Shown: piece after piece, positions 19,501 to 29,824 of the stretch
How the letters are laid out: every line of letters begins with the position of its first letter
Position numbering within the stretch: the stretch's first letter is position 1
NCBI GenBank assembly: GCA_963559755.1
Contig: CAUWMI010000019.1
Span: 1-50,427 of the forward strand
Direction of reading: 5' to 3'
Length of the DNA stretch: 50,427 nt
From: an uncultured Slackia sp.
GTDB taxonomy: Bacteria; Actinomycetota; Coriobacteriia; Coriobacteriales; Eggerthellaceae
Notes under the pieces: generated by a model
What the model was told of the DNA's origin: nothing
Databases searched by the model: none
The model's input: only the letters and a program-made list of their open reading frames with translations
Translations under genes and position numbers: made by a program

Positions 19501-20955
19501 ATGGCCACTATCGCCGACATCACCACCGAGGAACTGCTCTCCGAAGCCGATGCGTTCATCGAGGCGCACTGGGAGGAAATCGTCCGCGAGATTGGCACGC
19601 TCGTAGCCGTGCCCAGCATTGTGGATTTTGCCCGCGCCACCGCGGAGGACCCCTCCGGCCCCGAAGCGCACGAGGGCCTGCGCGCCTCCGTTGACCTGGC
19701 ACAACGCCTGGGCTTCAAGGCGTGGGACGATGCGGGCGAAATCGGCATCGCCGACCTCGAAGGCGAGCGCGACGAGCAGCTTGCCATGATTTGCCACGCC
19801 GACGTGGTCACACCCGGCGTAGGCTGGACGAGCGACCCGTGGACGCTCGAGCGTCGCGAGGGCTTCCTCATCGGCCGCGGCGTAATCGACGACAAAGGCC
19901 CGCTGGTCATCTCTCTCTATTGCATGAAGTTCTTCCAGGAGTGGTGCGAAAAAACCGGCACGCGCCTGCCTTACACGCTGCGCACGCTCATGGGAACCAA
20001 CGAGGAAACCGGCACCATGCGCGACGTGCGCTACTACCTGGAGCACTACCCCGCCCCAGCGTTCCTCTTCACGCCCGACAACGCTTTTCCCGCCTGCTAT
20101 GGCGAGAAGGGCCAGTTCGACTGCGCCATCACGTCGCCTAAAATCACCGATGGATGCATCGTGGACTTCACCACGGGCGATTCGTCCACCAACGCGGTGC
20201 CCAGCCAGGCCACGCTCGTGGTGCGCGCCGACGCTGCCAGCCTGCCGGCTGCCGATGGCATCGAGATCGCCGATGCGGGCGACGGCCTCGCGCGCCTCGT
20301 AGCAACCGGACGCGGGGGCCATGCGTCGCTGCCCGAAGGTACCGTGAATGCCATCGACATGCTGGTGAAATACGCACTTGCCAACGGCCTGTGCAGACAC
20401 GCCGAGGAGGCGTACTTGCGCATGATCGGCCGCATCATGGACTCCACCGACGGCAGTTCAATCGGCGTGGATTCGCGCGACGAGTACTTCGGCGGCCTCA
20501 CTTGCATCGTTGGCACCATCCATCGCGAGCTTGACCGCATGCGCATCACCATCGACATCCGCTACCCCACCTCCACGACGGGCGAGGAGCTGCTGGCAAA
20601 GTTCCAGGCGCTGGCCGCGGAAGCCGGTGCAACCGTGGAGCTCACCGGTGGCCTTCCGCCCTTCCTCACCAAGCCCGACAGCCCCGCCATTCAAGCGCTC
20701 GCCTCGGCCTACCGTGAAGCTACCGGCTTTGACGGCGAGCCGTTCACCATCGGCGGCGGCACGTATGCGCGCGAATTCCCCTGCGCGGCGAGCTTCGGAC
20801 CGGAAGATCCGCACGACGTCTATCCCGATTGGGTGGGCCCCATGCACGGCGCCGACGAAGGCGTTTCCGAGGAAAGCCTCAAGCGCGCCATGCGTGTGTA
20901 CATCCTCACCATCGCCCGCTTGATGCAGATCGACCTGACGAAACTGGGCGCATAG
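19501..20955 (+). CDS. M20 family dipeptidase, PepV/Sapep-like
   Basis: HADVV, GRGVIDDKGP, NEETG, GEKG, GGGTYAR and MHGADE motifs; ATG 19501 after AAAGGGG. Confidence 0.9.
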   Translation: MATIADITTEELLSEADAFIEAHWEEIVREIGTLVAVPSIVDFARATAEDPSGPEAHEGLRASVDLAQRLGFKAWDDAGEIGIADLEGERDEQLAMICHADVVTPGVGWTSDPWTLERREGFLIGRGVIDDKGPLVISLYCMKFFQEWCEKTGTRLPYTLRTLMGTNEETGTMRDVRYYLEHYPAPAFLFTPDNAFPACYGEKGQFDCAITSPKITDGCIVDFTTGDSSTNAVPSQATLVVRADAASLPAADGIEIADAGDGLARLVATGRGGHASLPEGTVNAIDMLVKYALANGLCRHAEEAYLRMIGRIMDSTDGSSIGVDSRDEYFGGLTCIVGTIHRELDRMRITIDIRYPTSTTGEELLAKFQALAAEAGATVELTGGLPPFLTKPDSPAIQALASAYREATGFDGEPFTIGGGTYAREFPCAASFGPEDPHDVYPDWVGPMHGADEGVSEESLKRAMRVYILTIARLMQIDLTKLGA

Positions 20956-21120
20956 GGGCGGGCACCACGAGCGGAGTCCGCTTCCCATCAGAACGAAGCA
21001 GCCGCCGCCCGCCAATAGAGAGCCCGTACGCCCTTTACGCCCCGACCGGCAATTGTGCCCCTGCCCGGTCGGGGAGCGTGCTTTTCGCGCACATATGGCA
21101 ACCTTGCGCTACAATATGTC

Positions 21121-21296
21121 GCTGGACTCAGCGTATGGTTGAAGGGGTGGGTGCTTTCGTTCGTGCCGCGCAAGGCGATGCGCTTTCTGCAACGCTTGGC
21201 ACGAGCGGCGAATGTCCTCTTTCCAACCGCTGAGAACACAAAATGACTGTGCGCCACACCCCTTCCGCAAAGCACGTGTGCCCGGAAGGCACTTTT
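21121..21296 (+). ncRNA. Candidate structured leader RNA / attenuator (family not recognised)
   Basis: TACAAT at 21110-21115, a long imperfect hairpin at 21127-21234, alternative pairings, and a GTGCC-CGGAA-GGCAC-TTTTT terminator before the next RBS. Confidence 0.5.
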
Positions 21297-21333
21297 TGCA
21301 TGCGCGGAACACGCTACTCGAGAGGGAGGACCC

Positions 21334-21993
21334 ATGGTCACTACGCATCGCTTCGCGCTCACCCATACGCGCGCATTCTTGATTCGTCTTGCCGCCCTGG
21401 CGCTTGCCGCAACATGCATGTTCACGCTTTCCGCCTGCGGGCACGAACCCGAAATCGCTACGCCCCCTGCGGATTATGGCCAAGACCAGGCGGAGCAGCA
21501 GGATGCGACCGCTCCCGAGAACACCGATGCCAATGCAGCCGAGGGCCAGACGACTGGCGAGGCGAACAATCAGGCAACCGATGAGGCCGAGGCCGACACC
21601 GATGACAATGCCGATGCTGATGCCGAAGCCGACAAAGCCGCCGAGGAAGCTGAAGAAAAACCCGTTCATGAAGGGCCCTTCGTAGTGAGCATCCTCAATG
21701 CAGGCGGTGCAGACGGTCTTGCTGGCGCCGCCCAGGAAAAGCTCGCCGCCGACGGCATCGAAGGCAGCGATTACGAAATCTCCGTCGATAGCTATCTTGC
21801 CGCCGTCATGCCCACCACTACGGTGTATGTGACCGGCGAGGGTGATGACGCCGAAGAAGTGCGCGCTGAAGCCGACAAAATCGCCAAGGCGCTCGGCGGC
21901 GAGGTGAAGACCTTCAAGGAGGGCGAGCTCGCCGAAGGCACCACAATGGACGGCCTCGACATCCTCGTTCTCGTAGGCGCCGATGCGGTGTAG
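21334..21993 (+). CDS. Lipoprotein with acidic linker and LytR C-terminal domain
   Basis: LSAC lipobox, Asp/Glu/Ala-rich linker, VSILNAGGADGLAG and DILVLVG LytR_C-like motifs. Confidence 0.75.
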   Translation: MVTTHRFALTHTRAFLIRLAALALAATCMFTLSACGHEPEIATPPADYGQDQAEQQDATAPENTDANAAEGQTTGEANNQATDEAEADTDDNADADAEADKAAEEAEEKPVHEGPFVVSILNAGGADGLAGAAQEKLAADGIEGSDYEISVDSYLAAVMPTTTVYVTGEGDDAEEVRAEADKIAKALGGEVKTFKEGELAEGTTMDGLDILVLVGADAV

Positions 21994-22017
21994 CCATTCC
22001 ATCTTGCGATAAAACGT

Positions 22018-22054
22018 AAAAGTGCCCGACGGTTCATTAGCGTCGGGCACTTTT
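22018..22054. terminator. Bidirectional terminator
   Basis: AAAAGTGCCCGACG / CGTCGGGCACTTTT between convergent genes. Confidence 0.88.
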
Positions 22055-22078
22055 CTTTAGGTATCTCGTCCGCTCAAA

Positions 22079-23617
22079 TCACTCGTCATCTTTGGGCGTT
22101 TTGCGCTTGTCGGGGTCGCCGAAAACGAGCTCGGCGGGCTTGGGGGCCACGAACGCAGGCTCTTCGGCCTCTACGGCAGCGGCTGCTGCAGCATCACCTG
22201 CCGCGGCGCGCTCGCGCAGGTCGCTGAGCGCCTCGGCGTCGGCCTGCTGCTGCTCCGCCGCACCCGCAACCTCGGCGCCATCGATGGAGATGTCCTTAGG
22301 CAGCACCAGGTTGCACACCACGGCCACCAGGAACACGCCGGCCACGCAGTTGTCGGCAAACACGCTACGCACCAGCTCGGGGAAAATCACGAAGATGTCG
22401 GACACCTGGGTGAACCCGATGCCAATAGCCAGCGACAGCGCCGTAATCAGGATGTTGCGCTGGCTGAACCCGGCACGTGCGATCATCTGGAAGCCGCTCA
22501 CAATGATGTTGCCGAACATCATGATGGTGCAGCCGCCCAGCACAGCCTCAGGCAGGCTGGAGAACACGGCGCTCACCACGGGCAGCAGCGCCGCCAACAG
22601 CATGATGACGGCACCGGTGGCGATAGCCTTGCGATTGACCACCTTGGTCATGGCGATCAGGCCGATGTTCTGCGCGAACGACGTCACGGGCAGGCAGCCA
22701 AAGCAACCGGAAAGCGCGCTTACGAAGCCGTCGGCGGCAAGCGAACCCGAAAGCTCCTTCTCGCGCACCTCACGGCCCAGGCCCACGATGGTAAGCGCCG
22801 AGGTGTCGCCGATGGTCTCGGTGGCGCTCACCAGGAAGATGACCGCAAGCGAGATGATGGCGCCCAGGTTGAACTCAGGCGTGAACGGCATGATGTGCGG
22901 CAGGGCGAACAACTGCATGTTCTCGAACGCTGTCAGGTCGACCGCACCCATGATAAGTGCCGCAATATAGCCAACTACCAGGCCGAACAGCACCGAGAGC
23001 TGCTTGGTTTTGCCCTTGGCCAGAATCTGGAACGCCAAGCACGACACCAGAGCGATGGCGCCCAGCGCCAGGTTGCGCGGCGAGCCGAAATCCTCCGCGC
23101 CGCTGCCGCCGCCGAAGCTCGTAGCACCCACGGAAAGCAGCGAGAAACCGATGGACGTGACCACCACGGCCGCCACGATGGGCGAAATGATGCGGCGCCA
23201 GTACTTGGCAAACAGGCCCAACGTGCCCTCAAAGATGCCGCCCACGATGATGGCGCCGATAGCTGCGTTGTAGCCGTACTGCGTCGCGATCACGCACAGC
23301 ACCGAGACGAATGTGAAACTGATGCCCATGACGATGGGCAAGCCACTACCGACCCTCCATACCGGGAACAGCTGAATGAGCGTGCCGATGCCCGCAATGA
23401 GCATGGCGCTTTGCACCAGCATGGCCGTCTGGTCCTCGGCGAGCCCTGCCGCACCCGCCACCACCACGATGGGCGCTAGGTTGGCCACGAACATCGCGAG
23501 CACGTGCTGCAGGCCATAGGGAATGGCGCGCAGCAAAGGGATATCGCCGTCGAGCTGGAACAGACTTGCGTGGTTGAACTGCTTCTTTGCGCCCTTGGCG
23601 CCGCCCGCAGCCGCCAC
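22079..23617 (-). CDS. Nucleobase:cation symporter-2 (xanthine/uracil permease, PbuX-like)
   Basis: GLQHVLAMF, ETIGD and SFAQNIGLIAMT NAT signature; downstream of xpt. Confidence 0.92.
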   Translation of the reverse strand: MAAAGGAKGAKKQFNHASLFQLDGDIPLLRAIPYGLQHVLAMFVANLAPIVVVAGAAGLAEDQTAMLVQSAMLIAGIGTLIQLFPVWRVGSGLPIVMGISFTFVSVLCVIATQYGYNAAIGAIIVGGIFEGTLGLFAKYWRRIISPIVAAVVVTSIGFSLLSVGATSFGGGSGAEDFGSPRNLALGAIALVSCLAFQILAKGKTKQLSVLFGLVVGYIAALIMGAVDLTAFENMQLFALPHIMPFTPEFNLGAIISLAVIFLVSATETIGDTSALTIVGLGREVREKELSGSLAADGFVSALSGCFGCLPVTSFAQNIGLIAMTKVVNRKAIATGAVIMLLAALLPVVSAVFSSLPEAVLGGCTIMMFGNIIVSGFQMIARAGFSQRNILITALSLAIGIGFTQVSDIFVIFPELVRSVFADNCVAGVFLVAVVCNLVLPKDISIDGAEVAGAAEQQQADAEALSDLRERAAAGDAAAAAAVEAEEPAFVAPKPAELVFGDPDKRKTPKDDE

Positions 23618-23620
23618 GGC

Positions 23621-24301
23621 TTACGCCTCGCCCTTCGCGGCCGCGTCGAACGCCGCATCGGCGCTTGCGAGGTCATCGGCGTTCACCTCGACCACCTCGC
23701 CATACGTCGGCGCGTTGCCGCCCTGCGGACGGAACGTGATCTTGCCGGTCATGGGATCCATGCGGTCCACGATGGCGAGCGACTCCAGGCGATACCCGCG
23801 CTCACGCAGGCTCTTGCCGCCGGGCTGGAAGCCCTTCTCCACCGCAATGCCAATGCCCTCAACGGTGGCACCGGCCGCCTCAACGATCTCAATCAGGCCG
23901 TTGAGAGCGCAGCCATTGGCCAAGAAGTCGTCGATAATCAGCACGTGGTCGTCCGGCCCGATGAACTTCTTGGACACAATCACGTCGAACACCTTGCCAT
24001 GCGTGAAGCTCTGGATGCGCGTGCAGTACATTTCGCCATCGAGGTTGATGCTTTGCGCCTTCTTGGCGAACACCACCGGCACGCCGAAATGCTGAGCCGC
24101 GATGCACGCGATGCCGATGCCGGATGCCTCGATGGTCAGAATCTTGTTGATGGGAGCGTCGGCGAACAGACGCTTGAATTCGGCGCCCATCTCATCAAGA
24201 AGCTTGATATCAATCTGGTGGTTCAGGAAGCTGTCCACCTTTAGCACGCCTTCTGCCTTGACCACGCCATCCTTTTGGATGCGCTCTTCGAGAAGCTTCA
24301 C
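23621..24301 (-). CDS. xpt: Xanthine phosphoribosyltransferase
   Basis: GTG start at 24301 after AGAAAGG; [19 protein letters not shown] and IIDDFLANG motifs. Confidence 0.94.
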   Translation of the reverse strand: MKLLEERIQKDGVVKAEGVLKVDSFLNHQIDIKLLDEMGAEFKRLFADAPINKILTIEASGIGIACIAAQHFGVPVVFAKKAQSINLDGEMYCTRIQSFTHGKVFDVIVSKKFIGPDDHVLIIDDFLANGCALNGLIEIVEAAGATVEGIGIAVEKGFQPGGKSLRERGYRLESLAIVDRMDPMTGKITFRPQGGNAPTYGEVVEVNADDLASADAAFDAAAKGEA

Positions 24302-24432
24302 GATGCTCGCCTTTCTGCTCGGGAATAAAGACCGCACGCAAAGCCTGACGAAGCGGCGCAGCGCACGGCACAAATCGGTATAAAGATGCAGTGTACCGCA
24401 GCATAGCGGGCATGTGCGCGCGAACGAAACGC

Positions 24433-24472
24433 AAAATGCCCCGACCCGACATTTATTCGTCAGGTCGGGGCA
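24433..24472 (-). terminator. Terminator of the pstSCA unit
   Basis: TGCCCCGACCTGAC / GTCGGGTCGGGGCA stem followed by TTTT on the minus strand. Confidence 0.75.
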
Positions 24473-24566
24473 CAAGAGACGTGCGGCAAACACCATCAGG
24501 CGAGCTAGGAAACCATGGCAGAACGGACCACAACGCAATGGCCGCGCAGGTCCGCAGGTGTCTCCC

Positions 24567-25478
24567 TTACGATTGCATCTTGCGGCTGGCAATGCGTCCG
24601 AAGAAGCGTGCAAGCAGGTTGAACGCCAGCACGCAGATCATGAGCACGGCCGCCGTGCCGTTGGACACGGCCTCCAAATCGGGCACCACGCCCTCAGAGT
24701 TGATCTTCCAGATGTGCACGGCGAGCGTCTCCGCGGGGCGGAAGATGTTCCACGGACACGACGGGTTGGCCAGATCGAAACAGGTGAAGTCCAGCATCGG
24801 CGCCGACTGACCCGCGGTGTAGATAAGCGCCGCCGCCTCACCGAACACGCGACCAGCAGACAGAATCACGCCCGTGATGATGGCGGGCAACGCGGCGGGA
24901 AGCAGCACGTGAACGGTGGTTTCCCAGCGGCTCGCGCCAAGCGCCAGGCCGCCTTCGCGCTGGTCATCGGGAATAGCCTCAAGCGCCTGCTGGATGACGC
25001 GCACCAGAATGGGCAGGTTGAACATCGTGAGCGCCAACGCGCCCGAGATGATGGAGAACCCCCATCCCATCTGCAGCACGAAAAACAGGAAGCCGAACAG
25101 ACCCACGACGATGGACGGCAGCGAAGACAGCGCCTCGATGACCGTTTTCACAGCGGCGGTCGCGCGGTTGTGCGGCGCGTACTCCGAAAGATAGATTGCC
25201 GCACCCAGCGAAATGGGCACCGAGATGATCAGCGTGAGCACGAGCAGATAGAACGAGTTGAACAGTTGCGGTCCAATGCCGCCGCCCTCTTTGAACTGCT
25301 CGGGCTTGCCGGTCAAAAAGTCGATGTCGAGCGCCTTGCCCAGGCCGTTGAACAGGATGTACCCGATAATCGCGACCAGGACCAGGCAGATGAACGCCAC
25401 GATGAGCGTCAAAACCACCGTAGCCGCCTTGTCTTGCGCCACGATGCGCCGAGCAAGGGAAGAACCGTTCTTAGCCAT
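24567..25478 (-). CDS. pstA: Phosphate ABC transporter permease PstA
   Basis: [20 protein letters not shown] and [10 protein letters not shown] motifs. Confidence 0.94.
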   Translation of the reverse strand: MAKNGSSLARRIVAQDKAATVVLTLIVAFICLVLVAIIGYILFNGLGKALDIDFLTGKPEQFKEGGGIGPQLFNSFYLLVLTLIISVPISLGAAIYLSEYAPHNRATAAVKTVIEALSSLPSIVVGLFGFLFFVLQMGWGFSIISGALALTMFNLPILVRVIQQALEAIPDDQREGGLALGASRWETTVHVLLPAALPAIITGVILSAGRVFGEAAALIYTAGQSAPMLDFTCFDLANPSCPWNIFRPAETLAVHIWKINSEGVVPDLEAVSNGTAAVLMICVLAFNLLARFFGRIASRKMQS

Positions 25479-26415
25479 GCTTCTTCAATCCTCCCTTGTG
25501 CTCGATGAAGTGGATGATCGCAATGAACACGAGCGACATGAACAAGAGCAGCAGCGCGAGCGACCACAGCACATCGCTGTACACCGTGCCCATCATCTCG
25601 TTGCCGATGCCCATGGTGAGCACCGAGGTGAGCGTCGCGGCGGGCGTGAACAGGCCGTCAGGCATCTGCGCGGCGTTGCCCACCACCATCTGCACGGCAA
25701 GCGCCTCGCCGAATGCGCGCGTCATGCCCAGCACCACGGCCGTACACAGCGAGGGCATGGCGGCGCGCAGCACCACGTGCCAGATGGTCTGCCAGCGCGA
25801 TGCGCCCACGCCGTACGAGCCCTCGCGGTACGACTTGGGCACCGCCGTGATGGCATCGATGGAAAGCGACGTGATGGTGGGCAGAATCATCAGCGCCAGC
25901 ACGATGGACGCCGAAAGAATGCCGTAGCCGGTGGTTCCCGTCATATCTCGCATGAAGCCCACCACGATGGTCAGGCCCAGCAGGCCGTAGACCACCGAGG
26001 GAATACCCACGAGCAGCTCCACGACGGGCTGGAACACCTTGCGTCCGAAACGCGGAGCGATCTCCACCACGAAAATCGCCGAACCGATGGCGAACGGAAT
26101 GGAAATGACCGTTGAAAGCAGCGTGACCGAGAACGAGCCCACGATCATGGGAAGCGCTCCCATCAGGGGGTTTCCCGCCTCGTCATTCACATGGGGGTTC
26201 CATTCGGTGCCCGTCAGAAACGCGATAGGCGAGATGCCGTCCACGAAGAACGTGGCCAAACCATGCTGCGCCACCATGAACACAAGCGTGACCACCAAAA
26301 GCACCACGACGGCGATGCAGAGGATGGACACCGATTTTCCCGCAAGCTCGACCTTGGCCTTCTTGCTCAAAGGGGGCCGGCCGCGTTTGGCCGGGGCGTT
26401 CGATGTCGTTGACAC
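25471..26415 (-). CDS. pstC: Phosphate ABC transporter permease PstC
   Basis: ELLVGIPSVVYG and RAFGEALAV motifs; probable GTG start at 26415 after GAGGAAGG. Confidence 0.93.
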   Translation of the reverse strand: MSTTSNAPAKRGRPPLSKKAKVELAGKSVSILCIAVVVLLVVTLVFMVAQHGLATFFVDGISPIAFLTGTEWNPHVNDEAGNPLMGALPMIVGSFSVTLLSTVISIPFAIGSAIFVVEIAPRFGRKVFQPVVELLVGIPSVVYGLLGLTIVVGFMRDMTGTTGYGILSASIVLALMILPTITSLSIDAITAVPKSYREGSYGVGASRWQTIWHVVLRAAMPSLCTAVVLGMTRAFGEALAVQMVVGNAAQMPDGLFTPAATLTSVLTMGIGNEMMGTVYSDVLWSLALLLLFMSLVFIAIIHFIEHKGGLKKHG

Positions 26416-26559
26416 TGATACACCTTCCTCACGGCGCGAACCCACCCAACGTAAGCCCGCGCTGAACAGCAAAGAGGCGCGACCCTTTCCAGGCCGCGCC
26501 GAAACGCTTGAAAGCAAGGTCCGTCGGCGATTCGCACCCCGACGGACCCATGTTGCGCA

Positions 26560-27528
26560 TTAGAGCTGGGTCACGTTGCCCTCGGCATCCTTCTCCACCT
26601 TCATGCCGGAGATGGGGATGTAGCCGTTCTCCTCGACGAGCGAACCCTGCACCTCGTCGCCCATCATGAAGTCGATGAACGCCTGAGTGGCCTCGTCGGG
26701 GCTGGTGGAGGTGTACATGTGCTCGTACGCCCAGATGGTCCAGTCGTTGGTCTCAACGTTCTCGGTGGAGGGGTCAACGCCGTCCACGGAGAGCGCCTTC
26801 ACGTCGTCGCTCAGGTAGGAGAACGCAACGTAGGAGATAGCGCCCGGAGTCTCGGAGACCATCTTGACCACGGTGCCCGAGGAATCCTGCTCCTGGAACG
26901 TGGCGGATTCCTGACCGTCGGTGAATACGGCCGCCTCGAACACCGCGCGCGTGCCGGAGCCGCTCTGGCGGTTGATGACCGTGATGTCCTCGTCGGCGCC
27001 GCCAACCTCGCTCCAGTTCTTGATCTCGCCGGTGAAGATCTTGGCCAGATCCTCCAGGGAGATGTCGTCGACGGTCACGTCGGGGTTCACGATCGGACCC
27101 ATGCCCACGACGCAGACCTTGTTGTCCTTGATCTTGTCAACGTCGGAGGCGTTTTCGACCTTCTCCTCGGCGAACACGTCGGAGTTGCCGATCTGAACAG
27201 CGCCCTGCACGATCTGCGTGATGCCCTGGCCGGAGCCGCCGCCCTGGATGGTGATCTGCACGCCAGAGTTCTTGGCCATGAAATGCTCGGCGGCCGCCTC
27301 GACGAGGGGCTGCAGGGCGGTGGAGCCCACAGCGGTGATGCTGCCGGTCAGCGCCGCGGCGCTCGCGTCAGTGGAAGACGCGTCAGCGGAGGCGTCGCTG
27401 GCAGCGGAGTCGGAAGAATTGGAGGAGCAGCCCACAAGGCCGCCCAAACCGGCAAGCACCACGGTGCTGCCGGCCACCGTAAGGAAGCGGCGACGGCTCA
27501 TCGAATTCTGAATCAGGCTATTGGACAT
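26560..27528 (-). CDS. pstS: Phosphate-binding lipoprotein PstS with twin-arginine signal
   Basis: GSTALQPL, GGGSGQG and RQSGSGTR motifs; SRRRFL and LVGC; ATG 27528 after AGAAAGGG. Confidence 0.93.
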   Translation of the reverse strand: MSNSLIQNSMSRRRFLTVAGSTVVLAGLGGLVGCSSNSSDSAASDASADASSTDASAAALTGSITAVGSTALQPLVEAAAEHFMAKNSGVQITIQGGGSGQGITQIVQGAVQIGNSDVFAEEKVENASDVDKIKDNKVCVVGMGPIVNPDVTVDDISLEDLAKIFTGEIKNWSEVGGADEDITVINRQSGSGTRAVFEAAVFTDGQESATFQEQDSSGTVVKMVSETPGAISYVAFSYLSDDVKALSVDGVDPSTENVETNDWTIWAYEHMYTSTSPDEATQAFIDFMMGDEVQGSLVEENGYIPISGMKVEKDAEGNVTQL

Positions 27529-27582
27529 GGTGAACATCCCTTTCTGATGGCTTGTTGATGTCTTGCTCAAACAACGAAACCC

Positions 27583-27636
27583 ATCCTAGAAAGGGGTGGT
27601 TAAGCTTGCGTCAGGCGATTGTCAAACGCTGGTAAA
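27583..27636 (-). promoter_or_regulatory. pstS promoter with four PHO-box half-sites
   Basis: Minus-strand hexamers TTTACC, TTGACA, CTGACG and TTAACC at an 11-bp period (27631, 27620, 27609, 27598), then -10 TAGGAT at 27583-27588. Confidence 0.75.
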
Positions 27637-27652
27637 AACACGCGCGCGTGCC

Positions 27653-29086
27653 CTACGACTGGGGAAACGTTACCGTGATGATGGTTCCCTGCGGGTGATT
27701 GTCGGTGATCGAGATACTGGCACCGTGCACTTGGGCGGCGTGCTTGACGATGGCAAGCCCCAGGCCGCTTCCGCCTGTGTCTTTGGAGCGGCTCTCCTCC
27801 ACGCGGAAGAAGCGCTCGAACACGCGCTCGCGCAGCTCATAGGGAATGCCGCGGCCCGTATCGCTCACGCGCACCACCGATTTGCCGCCCTCGGACGCCA
27901 CCTCCACGACCGCGCGACCGCCTTCGTGGTTGTAGCGCACGGCGTTCTCGGCGAGGTTGCGCACCATCTCCTCGAGGACGCGCGCATTCCCCCGCACGGT
28001 AACGGGCTCGTTGTCGGTGCGGCTGACCTTCATCACCAGGTCAACGCGATAGCGCTCGGCCAAAGGCTTCAGGCGCCCCACGGCGTTGTTGGCCACCGAT
28101 TCGAGCGGCACCTCCTGCTGCATGTCCAGATCCATCTGGCCCTCACCCATCTCATCCAGATGCGTGAGCGCGATGATCTCCTCCACCATGCTTTTCATCT
28201 GCTGGGCTTCATCGTGGATGAGACCGGCGAACCTGCGCACGTCGCGCGGCTTGGCGATGCCCTTGTCGATAATCTCGGCATACCCCGAAATGACGGTCAG
28301 CGGCGTTTTGAGCTCGTGCGACACGTTGGCCGTGAACATGCGGCGCTCGCTGGCTTGCGCGTCCAGGCGGCGGTGTTGCGCATCAAGGCGGCGCAGCAGC
28401 GGCATGAGCTCTTCGGGCGCATCGCCTTCGATGGGGTTGTTCAGATCGATTTTCTCCATGCGCGAGATGACGCGCCGGGCGATTGCGAATCCGATGAGGA
28501 ACGACACCACCACCGCAAGAAGCAGCACGAGCAGGCACGGCAGCGCGATGGTGCCCATGATGCCCCAGATGCTCGACTGCGTGACGGAAAGCCGGAGCAC
28601 CGAGCCATCGGACAGCAGAACCGAATGGTAGAGTGTTTCCTCGCCGAGTGTCTCGGAGTAACGGCCGCTTTGGCCCTCGCCCGTTTGCATGGCCTCCGCC
28701 ACTTCGGGGCGCTGGGCGTGGTTCTCCATCGATGACTCATCGGCATAGGAGTCGTACAGCACCGTGCCATTGGGCGAAATAAGCGTCATGCGCGTGTCGG
28801 GCTCGATGGTGCTCTCGGTTTTCACCAGCGCGATAGCATCGGTGCCCGTATAGCCCGAATCGTTGATGACCTGGGCGTATCCCTCGGCTTCAGCGGCAAG
28901 ATCGTCCACCGCGCGCTGGTCGAGCGTGAAATAGAACACCGCTGCATACAGAATGCAGCACACAATCACCAGCGTCGCGGAGGCGGCGGCCACCATAGAC
29001 GCCACAGCGCGAGAAAGATGCCACCGGCGACGCGACTCGCCGCCTGCAGTATCTTCCTTGGAAAGCGATCTGATACGAATGTCCAT
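27653..29086 (-). CDS. phoR: Phosphate regulon sensor histidine kinase, PhoR-like
   Basis: ANVSHELKTPL H-box, NLAENAVRYN, DTGRGI and GGSGLGLAIVKH; lies in the Pho locus. Confidence 0.85.
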   Translation of the reverse strand: MDIRIRSLSKEDTAGGESRRRWHLSRAVASMVAAASATLVIVCCILYAAVFYFTLDQRAVDDLAAEAEGYAQVINDSGYTGTDAIALVKTESTIEPDTRMTLISPNGTVLYDSYADESSMENHAQRPEVAEAMQTGEGQSGRYSETLGEETLYHSVLLSDGSVLRLSVTQSSIWGIMGTIALPCLLVLLLAVVVSFLIGFAIARRVISRMEKIDLNNPIEGDAPEELMPLLRRLDAQHRRLDAQASERRMFTANVSHELKTPLTVISGYAEIIDKGIAKPRDVRRFAGLIHDEAQQMKSMVEEIIALTHLDEMGEGQMDLDMQQEVPLESVANNAVGRLKPLAERYRVDLVMKVSRTDNEPVTVRGNARVLEEMVRNLAENAVRYNHEGGRAVVEVASEGGKSVVRVSDTGRGIPYELRERVFERFFRVEESRSKDTGGSGLGLAIVKHAAQVHGASISITDNHPQGTIITVTFPQS

Positions 29087-29119
29087 GGCGCCCGGTCCCG
29101 TTGGCAGATTGATGCGAGG

Positions 29120-29824
29120 CTACGCCTTCAGGCGATAGCCCACGCCGCGCACGGTTTCCACGAACGAAACCGCCTCGGGATCGGCCTCGCCGAGCTTCTT
29201 GCGCAGCGTCTGCACGTGGGCGTCAACCGTGCGGGTCTCGCCGGCCACGCCGTAGCCCCACACGCGCTCGAGCAGCTTGTCGCGCGATACCACGATGCCG
29301 CGGTTCTCCATCAGGTAGCGCAGCATCTCGAACTCCTTGTGCGTCAGGCGCACCTCTTTGCCCGAAACCGTCACGCGATAGCTCGCGGGATCCAGGGAGA
29401 TGGGGCCGGCATCCAGCGTTTCGCCAGCGGCAAGAGGCGCGGCATCGGCGGCCGCATCGCGAGCGGCACGGCGCAGCAGCGCATTCACGCGCGAAAGCAG
29501 CTCCATCATACCGAACGGCTTGGCGAGATAGTCATCGGCACCCGCATCAAGCCCGGTCACCGTGTCATACTCGGTGGATTTGGCCGTGAGCATCATGATA
29601 GGCACGTCCTGCGTGCGCGGGTCTTTGCGCAGGCGCTTGAGCACGCTGATGCCGTCCTCATCGGGCAGCATCACGTCAAGCAGAAACAGGTCGGGGATGG
29701 CCTGCGTGAGCGCAGCATCCATCTCGGCCGCCCGGGAGAACCCGCGGGTCTCATGCCCCGTCTGAGACAGCGTGTACAGCGTCAGGTTGCGGATCTGTTC
29801 GTCGTCTTCAAGGTAGTAAATCAT
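29120..29824 (-). CDS. phoP: Phosphate regulon response regulator, PhoP/PhoB-like
   Basis: MIYYLEDD, LLDVMLP, GADDYLAKPF and ETRTVDAHVQTLRKKL; ATG 29824 overlaps the phoU stop. Confidence 0.85.
   Translation of the reverse strand: MIYYLEDDEQIRNLTLYTLSQTGHETRGFSRAAEMDAALTQAIPDLFLLDVMLPDEDGISVLKRLRKDPRTQDVPIMMLTAKSTEYDTVTGLDAGADDYLAKPFGMMELLSRVNALLRRAARDAAADAAPLAAGETLDAGPISLDPASYRVTVSGKEVRLTHKEFEMLRYLMENRGIVVSRDKLLERVWGYGVAGETRTVDAHVQTLRKKLGEADPEAVSFVETVRGVGYRLKA

Noticed and set aside
21480-21660. Repetitive GCCGA/GATGCC-rich stretch
   Set aside because: It is the codon pattern of an acidic Ala/Asp/Glu linker, not a repeat array or CRISPR.
24302-24430. Purine riboswitch upstream of xpt
   Set aside because: The conserved aptamer core (TATAAT...ATGG...GTTTCTACC...CCGTAAA...GACTA) is absent.
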